DNA of 25,605 bases. Source: Jatrophihabitantaceae bacterium (GTDB lineage: Bacteria > Actinomycetota > Actinomycetes > Mycobacteriales > Jatrophihabitantaceae). The translations under genes were made by a program, and so were the position numbers. Positions within the stretch are counted from its first letter, which is position 1. The number at the start of each line of letters is the position of its first letter. The notes beneath the pieces are model-generated. The model was not told the origin of the DNA and searched no databases. It saw nothing but the letters and a program-made list of their open reading frames with translations. The stretch is taken from NCBI GenBank assembly GCA_039937575.1, contig JBDTGE010000056.1:1-25605 (forward strand), written 5' to 3'. Shown here one piece after another: positions 18,806 through 25,605 of this stretch.

Positions 18806-19407
18806 GCCGGATCCTGCTGGCCAGCCGCAACGCCAAGAAGCTGGCCGAGCTGCAGCGCATCCTGGCTCCGGCGCTGCCCGGGCTGGAGGTCGTCGGCCTG
18901 GACGACGTGCCGGCCTACGACGAGGTCCCGGAGTCCGGGGCGACGTTCGCCGACAACGCGCTGATCAAGGCGCGCGAGGGGTTCCGGCACACCGCGATGC
19001 CCACTGTCGCCGACGACTCCGGTCTCGCGGTCGATGCGCTGAACGGCATGCCGGGCGTGCTGTCGGCGCGCTGGGCCGGCGGGCACGGCGACGACGAGGC
19101 GAACCTGCAACTCGTGCTGGCCCAACTTTCGGACACGCCCGACGCCCGCCTGCGCGCCGCTTTCCTGTGCTCGGTGGCCTTCGTCGACGGCGAGGACGAG
19201 TTGGTGGTGGACGGGCGGATGGACGGCCACCTGGTGCGCGAGCCGCGGGGCACGAACGGCTTCGGCTAAGACCCGATCTTCGTCCCCGACGGCTTCGAGG
19301 TCACGAGCGCCGAGCTCGTGTCCGGGCAGAAGGACGAGATCAGCCACCGCGGCCAGGCGCTGCGGGCGCTCGTCCCGCACCTGCTCGAGCGCTCCACGAC
19401 CTCTTGA
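18802..19407 (+). pseudogene. rdgB: dITP/XTP pyrophosphatase (HAM1 family) with an in-frame TAA at 19267-19269
   Basis: SRNAKK, NALIKAR, ADDSGL, PGVLSARW, then GFG*DPIF...KDEISHRGQAL...TGA 19405-19407 in the same frame; the stop replaces the Tyr of GFGYDP. Confidence 0.92.
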
Positions 19408-19437
19408 GCACCGCGGTGCGCGAGTAGCTTCGGTTCC

Positions 19438-20160
19438 ATGAGCGAACCACTCGAACCGGTCGACGAGTCGTGGTCGACCGCACTGGCGATCGTCGCCCAC
19501 CCGGACGACCTCGAGTACGGGACGGCCGCGGCGATCGCGCGGTGGACCGGCCAGGGCAAGCAGGTCGTGTACGCGCTGGCCACGAGCGGTGAGGCGGGCA
19601 TCGACGGCCTCGCGCCGGAGGAGTGCGGCCCGATCCGGGAGGCCGAGCAGCGGGCCTCGTCCGCCATCGTCGGCGTGGACGTCGTCGAGTTCATGGGCCA
19701 TCGCGACGGGGTGCTCGAGTACGGGCTGCCGCTGCGGCGCGACGTCGCCCGCGCCGTCCGCCGGCACCGCCCCGACGTCGTCATAACCGGCAACTATCGC
19801 GACACGTGGGGACCGGGGATGCTCAACCAGGCCGACCACATCGCGCTCGGCCGCTCGGTGCTCGATGGCGTGCGGGATGCCGCCAACCGCTGGGTGTTCC
19901 GCGAGCTCCTGGACGAGGACCTGCCAGCGTGGTCGGCCCGGACGGTGCTCGTCTCAGGCGGCGAGGCAACCCACGGCGTCGACGTCACCGAGAGCTTCGA
20001 TCGGGGCGTCGAGTCCCTCGAGGCGCACGCGCAGTACCTGGCTGGGCTGGGCGAGCACCCGATGGCCGATCCCCGCGAGTTCCTTGAATCCATCGCGCGC
20101 AGCGCCGGCACTCGTATGAAGTGCACGTTTGGCGTGGCGTTTGAAGTGATCAGTTTCTGA
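19438..20160 (+). CDS. PIG-L/LmbE family deacetylase
   Basis: VAHPDDLEYG, TSGEAG, REAEQR, NQADH, LEAHAQY. Confidence 0.9.
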   Translation: MSEPLEPVDESWSTALAIVAHPDDLEYGTAAAIARWTGQGKQVVYALATSGEAGIDGLAPEECGPIREAEQRASSAIVGVDVVEFMGHRDGVLEYGLPLRRDVARAVRRHRPDVVITGNYRDTWGPGMLNQADHIALGRSVLDGVRDAANRWVFRELLDEDLPAWSARTVLVSGGEATHGVDVTESFDRGVESLEAHAQYLAGLGEHPMADPREFLESIARSAGTRMKCTFGVAFEVISF

Positions 20161-20182
20161 CGCACCTGGCACGATGGGTCAG

Positions 20183-20992
20183 GTGACGAGCGGTAACGGC
20201 GACCGGGCCGCACGCAGTCGCGGTCGCGGGCTCTCGCCCGATCGCATCGCCCAGGTCACCTTGGAGCTGATCGACCAGCAGGGGCCGGGTGCGGCGTCGA
20301 TGCGGGCTATCGCGGCGCGCCTGGGCGTCGAGGCGATGTCGCTCTACAAGCACGTGCGGACCCGTGACGTGCTGCTCGACCTGGTCGTCGACCGGATCGT
20401 CGAGGAACTCGACCGCGACCCCGAGGCCAGCCGGGACGCGAGCAACGGCTGGCGCGACTACCTCACCCGGCTGGCGCGGGGCGTACGCCGCTACGCGATC
20501 GCGCACCCGCACGCGTTCCCGCTGGTGGCGACCCGACCCGCCGAGGCGCCGTGGGTGAACCCGCCGCTGCGCTCGTTGGCCTGGATCGAGTCGATGCTGG
20601 CGACGCTCGAGCGTGAGGGGTTCGACTCGGAGCAGATCCTGTTCGCCTACCGCTCCTTCAACAGCTTCCTGCTCGGCTACCTGCTGATGGAGACCGGAGC
20701 CCGCACGTTGCGCGATCCGCAGGCCGGCGACGGGTCCTACAGCCCGGACGGCGCGAGCGATCCCGAACCGGTACCGGGGGGCCTGTCGCCGACCCGGACC
20801 GACGAGCAGGCCGAGGCGATCAGCGGCGCCCAGAGCATCGCCGATCAGCTCGATCCGCAGGACGACATCGACGCAGCCGAGTTCCCGGTCATCCACCGTC
20901 TCGCCCGCGGTCTGGCCGAGGACCACTACGACGCCGAGTTCGAGCGAGCGCTGGCCGACATGCTGGATCGGATCGGGGAGCAGGTCGGCTGA
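20183..20992 (+). CDS. TetR/AcrR family regulator (TetR_C-type C-terminus) with an acidic insertion
   Basis: HTH SMRAIAARLGVEAMSLYKHV; C-terminal EFPVIHRL...AEFERAL. Start GTG 20183 (CACGAT 7 nt upstream) or ATG 20174. Confidence 0.92.
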   Translation: MTSGNGDRAARSRGRGLSPDRIAQVTLELIDQQGPGAASMRAIAARLGVEAMSLYKHVRTRDVLLDLVVDRIVEELDRDPEASRDASNGWRDYLTRLARGVRRYAIAHPHAFPLVATRPAEAPWVNPPLRSLAWIESMLATLEREGFDSEQILFAYRSFNSFLLGYLLMETGARTLRDPQAGDGSYSPDGASDPEPVPGGLSPTRTDEQAEAISGAQSIADQLDPQDDIDAAEFPVIHRLARGLAEDHYDAEFERALADMLDRIGEQVG

Positions 20993-21002
20993 CGCCGCAT
21001 GG

Positions 21003-21037
21003 TTACACCGTAAGCCTTTGGTAAGATTACAGTGTAA
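21003..21037. promoter_or_regulatory. Two TTAC-N3-GTAA palindromes (21003-21013, 21027-21037), candidate TetR operators
   Basis: TTACACCGTAA and TTACAGTGTAA, 24 bp apart, in an AT-rich patch that also holds TAAGAT and TACAGT -10-like hexamers. Confidence 0.55.
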
Positions 21038-21055
21038 GCTTGCCGTCATCAGCGG

Positions 21056-21259
21056 ATGTCGCTCATCTCGATCCCGATGACGATCGTGATCGGCATCATC
21101 GGCTCGTTCGTGGGTCGCTTCCTGGGCTACCTGATCTTCCACAAGGACGGTCAGGACGGATTCCTGCAGCCGTCCGGCATCGTCGGCTCGGTCATCGGCG
21201 CGGTGATCGTCCTGCTGATCTGGACCAAGACCAGCGGTCGCAAGACCATCCGGGGCTGA
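21056..21259 (+). pseudogene. GlsB/YeaQ/YmgE (transglycosylase-associated) stress membrane protein, apparently N-terminally truncated
   Basis: ISIPMTIVIGIIGSFVG.FLG...GIVGSVIGAVIVLLIW is the family's second half; the first TM (G.IAG..ARL..PG) is not encoded upstream in the frames I read. Confidence 0.65.
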
Positions 21260-21292
21260 CACCTGCTCGGTGGCCGCGGCAGCAGCCGGTGA

Positions 21293-21330
21293 AAATACGA
21301 AGGGCCCCCGACTCGGGGCCCTTCGTATTT
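21293..21330. terminator. Bidirectional intrinsic terminator, 16-bp stem
   Basis: AAATACGAAGGGCCCC-CGACTC-GGGGCCCTTCGTATTT, between the convergent GlsB-like ORF and tRNA-Lys. Confidence 0.85.
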
Positions 21331-21338
21331 CGCTGTTG

Positions 21339-21411
<73 letters not shown>

Positions 21412-21498
21412 GCTGTCGATCACCTTACAAACCACCGGCCCACCGAAGCGGGCCGAGGGGAAACTTTAGCATGGGGGACACGGGCGCCACGTTCTGCC

Positions 21499-21575
21499 TG
21501 GGGTGAGTGACGGGACTCGAACCCGCGACATCCGCGACCACAACGCGGCGCTCTACCAGCTGAGCTACACCCACC
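21499..21575 (-). tRNA. tRNA-His (anticodon GTG) with genomic G-1 and encoded CCA
   Basis: G-GTGGGTG...CACTCAC-C-CCA; CCGCG-TT-GTG-GT-CGCGG anticodon arm; GGTTCGAGTCC T-arm. Confidence 0.97.
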
Positions 21576-21604
21576 ATGTCGGCGTCCGGGGACGCCGAGC
21601 CGGA

Positions 21605-22222
21605 TCAGTCTACCTGCCCCGGCGCGACTCCCAGAACCGCATTGGCCGCCGCGCGAGCCTCGTCCAGCGAGGGTCCCGGCTCGGCCACGAACAGCGTGCG
21701 CCGATAGAACTCCAGCTCCTGCACGCTCTCGGTGATGTCGGCCAGGGCGCGGTGGGCCAGGCCCTTGGCCGGCTGGGACTGGTACACCCGCGGGAACCAG
21801 CGCTTGGCCAGTTCCTTGATCGAGGAGACGTCGATCATCCGGTAGTGCAGATGCTCGTCGAGCGAGGGCATGTCCCGGTTGAGGAAGCCGCGGTCGGTGG
21901 CGATCGAGTTGCCGCACAGCGGGGCCACCTTGGCCTCGGGCACATGCCGCTTGATGTACTCCAGCACCTGCTTCTCAGCCTCGCCCAGGGTGAGCCTCGA
22001 TGCCCGCACGGCGTCGGTCAGGCCCGAGGACGCATGCATGTCGCGGACGAAGGGCACCATCGTCTCGAGCACGTCGTCGGCGACGTGGATGACCAGGTCC
22101 AGGCCCTCGTCCAGGACCTGTAGGTCCTCATCGGTGACCAGGACCGCCACCTCGATCAGGGCGTCGCGCGCCAAGTCGAGTCCGGTCATCTCGCAGTCGA
22201 TCCACACCAGCTGGTTCATCAC
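21605..22222 (-). CDS. orn: Oligoribonuclease
   Basis: [44 protein letters not shown] (DEDDh); upstream of tRNA-His. Start GTG 22222 or ATG 22219. Confidence 0.97.
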   Translation of the reverse strand: MMNQLVWIDCEMTGLDLARDALIEVAVLVTDEDLQVLDEGLDLVIHVADDVLETMVPFVRDMHASSGLTDAVRASRLTLGEAEKQVLEYIKRHVPEAKVAPLCGNSIATDRGFLNRDMPSLDEHLHYRMIDVSSIKELAKRWFPRVYQSQPAKGLAHRALADITESVQELEFYRRTLFVAEPGPSLDEARAAANAVLGVAPGQVD

Positions 22223-22284
22223 GAGTGCTGAGGCTATACGTCGGCGCTAACGTGGGTGACGGACCCGTGTACCCGGAGGTGGCC

Positions 22285-22593
22285 ATGTCGCACGATCTGC
22301 TCGGCCCGGACGCCGTCGAGGCGGCTCTGGGAGCGCTCCATCCCGGCTGGACGGGCACCAGTGACAGGTTGGCGCGAGCGATCGAGTTCGCCGACTTCCC
22401 GACCGCGGTCGAGTTCGTCAACCGGATCGCGCCGCGCTGCGAGGCGATGGACCACCACCCCGACCTGGCTCTGCGCTGGCGCTGGGTCGACGTCTCGCTG
22501 GCCACGCACAGCGCCGGCGGCGTGACCGACCTGGACGTGCAGCTCGCGCGCATCATCGACGAGGTCGCCGGCACGCTGCCCCTGGCCGGCTAG
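22285..22593 (+). CDS. phhB: Pterin-4-alpha-carbinolamine dehydratase
   Basis: F.DF..AV.FV..I...E..DHHPDL, THSAGGVT..D..LA..I; GGAGG RBS before ATG 22285. Confidence 0.9.
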   Translation: MSHDLLGPDAVEAALGALHPGWTGTSDRLARAIEFADFPTAVEFVNRIAPRCEAMDHHPDLALRWRWVDVSLATHSAGGVTDLDVQLARIIDEVAGTLPLAG

Positions 22594-22621
22594 CCGCGCC
22601 GCCCGCAACGACCATGCGTTC

Positions 22622-22680
22622 TTCGTGATCATCTGCGAGTTCTGGTCGTGTAGCAGCCACAACTCGCAGATGATCACGAA
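22622..22680. repeat. REP-like palindrome 1: perfect 20-bp stem, 19-nt loop
   Basis: TTCGTGATCATCTGCGAGTT (22622-22641) / AACTCGCAGATGATCACGAA (22661-22680). Confidence 0.9.
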
Positions 22681-22733
22681 CGGCGAGGGCGCGGACGATC
22701 CGCACCAAGTCCCGTCCGAGCGGGTTGCGTTGC

Positions 22734-22785
22734 GTGATCTTGTTGCGAGCTGGTCGTTCGGGCAGCCGACGCGCAACAAGATCAC
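22734..22785. repeat. REP-like palindrome 2: perfect 14-bp stem, homologous to palindrome 1
   Basis: GTGATCTTGTTGCG (22734-22747) / CGCAACAAGATCAC (22772-22785); shares loop motifs CTGGTCGT and GCAGCC with palindrome 1. Confidence 0.88.
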
Positions 22786-22829
22786 CGACCGCCCTCAAGG
22801 CCCGGTGCACCGAGATCCACCGGAGACGG

Positions 22830-23474
22830 TCAGTCCGTTGCGCTGTGCCACACGCTCATGCCGAGGGCGATCAGCCGCAGCTGGCGTTCGCTGCGGTCGA
22901 GGATCGTCCGCTCGTCCTCGGCGTGGCGGGCCTCGGCCTCGAGCAACTCCATGACCGCGGCGAGCATGGCGGCGACCATGAGGTCGGCCGTCATCTCCAG
23001 ATCGTAGGAACTCCAGCCGGCCCCGGCCGTGATGCGCGCGAGGTCGACCGTCAGCTCGCTGGTGAACAGTCGCAGTTCGGTGGCGATCGCGCGGCGCACC
23101 GCCGCGATGCCGCCGTAGCGCTCGCGACTCAGGAAGCGGAACTCGGCCTTGTGCTCGCGCACCTGCCGACCAAGGATCTCGACGGTGTTCTTGATGATGT
23201 CCTGGTGCGTGGGGCTGCCGCGACGCGCATCACGGATCATCTGGCGCAGCGGACGCATGCTCTCGTCGACCAGCTCGACCCCGAGCGCGTCCATCGACTC
23301 GAAGTGCCGGTAGAACGCGGTCGGCACGATCCCGGCCTCGCGGGCGACCTCGCGCAGGCTGATCCCGGCCAGGCTGCGCTTCTCGATGAACTCCAGCGTG
23401 ACATCCAACAGCCGCTGCCGCGTCCGTTCCTTGCGCTCGGCGCGGCTGGCTATCCTCGCGACGGTCTCGGGCAT
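22830..23474 (-). CDS. TetR family regulator, FabR/DesT-like, divergent from the desaturase operon
   Basis: RAERKERTRQRLLD, SLREVAREAGIVPTAFYRHF, FRFLSRERYGG, ELRLFTSEL..DL; context. Confidence 0.92.
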   Translation of the reverse strand: MPETVARIASRAERKERTRQRLLDVTLEFIEKRSLAGISLREVAREAGIVPTAFYRHFESMDALGVELVDESMRPLRQMIRDARRGSPTHQDIIKNTVEILGRQVREHKAEFRFLSRERYGGIAAVRRAIATELRLFTSELTVDLARITAGAGWSSYDLEMTADLMVAAMLAAVMELLEAEARHAEDERTILDRSERQLRLIALGMSVWHSATD

Positions 23475-23577
23475 CGGTCAAGAGTACGCCCGTACACCGG
23501 GCGTGTCGCCGTCGTGACGTACCGGACGTCACAACGTTCCGGGTTGACAGGGCTGGACGACCCTCGCTTCACTATTG

Positions 23578-23595
23578 AGTGTACGAGCGTGCACT
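23578..23595. promoter_or_regulatory. Candidate FabR/DesT-type operator AGTGTAC-GAGC-GTGCACT
   Basis: 18-bp imperfect palindrome between the TetR gene and the reductase; resembles AGTGAAC-N4-GTTCACT-type sites; TTGACA at 23544-23549. Confidence 0.6.
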
Positions 23596-23637
23596 GAAAG
23601 CTCGCTCGATTCAAACGCCAGAGAAGGAGGCCGAGAG

Positions 23638-24750
23638 ATGACGACCACCGCTCCCGCCCGCCCGGCCACCCGGCACCGGATCTCGCCGCTCGCCCTGTTC
23701 GAGGCCCTCGCGACCCCGCACGGTGTGGACCGCTACCTCGAACTGGTCAATCCGATGCTGACTGTGCGCGAACTGCGGGCCGAGGTCACCGACGTGGCCC
23801 GGTCCACCGCCGACACCGTCACCCTCACGCTGCGTCCGACGCGGCAGTGGAGGGGGTTCCAGGCCGGCCAGTTCGTCCAGGTCACCGTCGAGATCGACGG
23901 GGTTCGCCGCACCCGCTGCTACTCGCCGGCCGGCTCGCAGTACCGCAACGACGGGCGCATCGAGCTCACCGTCAAGGCGCACCCCGAGGGTCTGGTGTCG
24001 CAGTACTTGCACGCCAACGCCGCTCCCGGGCTGGTGGTCGGTCTGTCGCAGGCCGACGGGCAGTTCCGGCTGCCGATCCAGCGGCCGGACAAGGTTCTGC
24101 TGATCAGCGGCGGGAGTGGCATCACCCCCGTACTTTCGATGCTCCGCACGCTGTGCGACGAGGGCTACGCCGGCGAGCTCACGTTCCTGCACTACGGCAA
24201 CACGGCCGAGGACATCAGCTACCGCGCGCAACTGCAGCGGATCGCCGCGCAGCACGACAATGTGCGGCTCGTGCTCGCGTACACCGACCAGAAACGCGGC
24301 GGCGATCTGCACGGGTTCTTCGGCGGCCCGCACCTGGACTAGGCCGCACCGTGGCACGCCGAGGCCGAGACGTTCCTGTGCGGTCCGCCCGGGCTGATGA
24401 AGGCGGTTCGGGCCCACTTTGACGCGAACGGGCTCACCGACCGGCTGCACACCGAGGAGTTCCAGCCCGCCCCGGTCGTCCTCGACGACGCCGCGGTGAC
24501 CGGGACGATCAGCTTCAACGACGCCGGCATCGCCGCCGACAACACCGGCGAGACCCTGCTGGTGCAAGCCGAGGCGGCGGGCCTGCGCCCCGAGCACGGC
24601 TGCCGGATGGGCATCTGCTTCTCGTGCACGCAGGTCAAGACCAGCGGCTGCACCCGCAACATCCGTACCGGCGAGACCAACAGCGACCCCGACGTCGAGG
24701 TGCAGTTGTGCATCTCGCAGGCCGTCGGAGACGTCGCACTCGACCTCTGA
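23638..24750 (+). pseudogene. Ferredoxin reductase partner of the desaturase (Rv3230c-like; FAD/NAD domain plus C-terminal 2Fe-2S) with an in-frame TAG at 24340-24342
   Basis: RCYSPA, GLVSQYL, SGGSGITP, then HLD*AAPW...FLCGPPGLM...EEF...CRMGICFSC...LC, all in one frame (370 aa if read through); GAAGGAGG RBS. Confidence 0.92.
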
Positions 24751-24779
24751 ATACCCTTGCTACTCAAGGAGAAACTCGC

Positions 24780-25605
24780 ATGAGCATCACATTGACCGAA
24801 GACCAGATCGAAGAGATCGGCACCGAGCTCGACGCGCTCCGCCAGCGGGTCGTCGACCAGCTCGGCCAGGAGGACCGCGACTACATCTACAAGATCGTCA
24901 AGGCGCAGCGCGCGCTCGAGGTCGCCGGACGGGGTTCGCTGTTCCTCGGCTTCCTGCCGCCGTTCTGGCTGGCCGGCACCGCCGCCCTCGCGCTGTCAAA
25001 GATCCTGGACAACATGGAGATCGGCCACAACGTCATGCACGGCCAGTACGACTGGATGCGCGACCCCGGCCTGAACTCGAAGATGTTCGAGTGGGACACC
25101 GCATGCCCGGCCGACCAGTGGCGGCACTCACACAACCACATGCACCACACCTACACGAACATCCTGGACAAGGACCGCGACATCGGTTACGGCATCCTGC
25201 GCATGGACGAGTCGCAGAAGTGGAACCCCTACTACCTGGCCAACCCGGTGGCGGCGTTCCTGCTCATGACGTTCTTCCAGTACGGCGTTGCGCTGCACGA
25301 TCTCGAGACCGAGAACCTGATCACGGGCAAGCGCAAGTTCGCGGAGAACGAGCAGCTCTGGCACGGCATCTGGCGCAAGATCGGCCGGCAGACGCTCAAG
25401 GACTACGTGCTGTTCCCGGCCCTGACCGGCCCGCTGTTCCTGTCGACGATCACCGCGAACGCCACGGCCAACCTGGTCCGCAACCTGTGGTCCTACTCGA
25501 TCATCTTCTGCGGGCACTTCCCGACCGGTGTCGCTACCTTCACCGAGCAGGAGTGCGAGAACGAGTCGCGCGGGCACTGGTACGTGCGCCAGATGATGGG
25601 CTCGG
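24780..25605 (+). CDS. desA3: Membrane acyl-CoA (stearoyl-CoA 9-type) fatty acid desaturase, DesA3-like, 3' end outside window
   Basis: Open from ATG 24780 to the edge; KILDNMEIGHNVMHGQYDW and WRHSHNHMHHTYTN His boxes, FCGHFP; AAGGAG RBS; absent from the ORF track. Confidence 0.92.
   Translation, partial: MSITLTEDQIEEIGTELDALRQRVVDQLGQEDRDYIYKIVKAQRALEVAGRGSLFLGFLPPFWLAGTAALALSKILDNMEIGHNVMHGQYDWMRDPGLNSKMFEWDTACPADQWRHSHNHMHHTYTNILDKDRDIGYGILRMDESQKWNPYYLANPVAAFLLMTFFQYGVALHDLETENLITGKRKFAENEQLWHGIWRKIGRQTLKDYVLFPALTGPLFLSTITANATANLVRNLWSYSIIFCGHFPTGVATFTEQECENESRGHWYVRQMMGS

Noticed and set aside
19438-21338. Integrative island at the tRNA-Lys 3' end
   Set aside because: No integrase and no duplicated tRNA 3' sequence found by eye; the tRNA is directly followed by its terminator.
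21430-21598. Small hairpins flanking tRNA-His (21579-21598) and in the His-Lys spacer
   Set aside because: Short GC-rich stems consistent with ordinary tRNA leader, trailer or terminator structure.
22622-22785. CRISPR array
   Set aside because: Only two diverged long palindromes, no constant repeat-spacer periodicity, no cas genes.

Overview
High-GC actinobacterial chromosomal window, mostly core housekeeping genes. Order: a large partial fibronectin type III surface protein (minus strand, runs off the left edge, missing from the ORF track), ctaD-serB, then a block syntenic with M. tuberculosis Rv1330c-Rv1341 (pncB, clpS, DUF2017, mec-cysO-cysM, rhomboid, murI, MBL hydrolase, rph, rdgB). That block has pncA beside pncB and two apparent insertions: a membrane molybdoenzyme plus a membrane protein after cysM, and an acyltransferase plus a scar of decayed fragments before rph. 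After it come a PIG-L deacetylase, a TetR regulator, a truncated GlsB/YeaQ gene, tRNA-Lys(CTT), tRNA-His(GTG), orn, a pterin dehydratase and a TetR / ferredoxin reductase / fatty acid desaturase module cut by the right edge. Three otherwise intact genes carry single lesions (cysM 1-bp frameshift, rdgB TAA in the GFGYDP motif, reductase TAG). The most unusual signals: (i) a diverged ~66-69 nt mini-ORF element present twice, each time coupled by an ATGA overlap to the start of an unrelated gene (pncA, rdgB); (ii) two homologous REP-like hairpins with compensatory stem changes; (iii) two divergent paralogous membrane proteins bracketing pncA-pncB. All family assignments come from motif recognition by eye; no database search was run.
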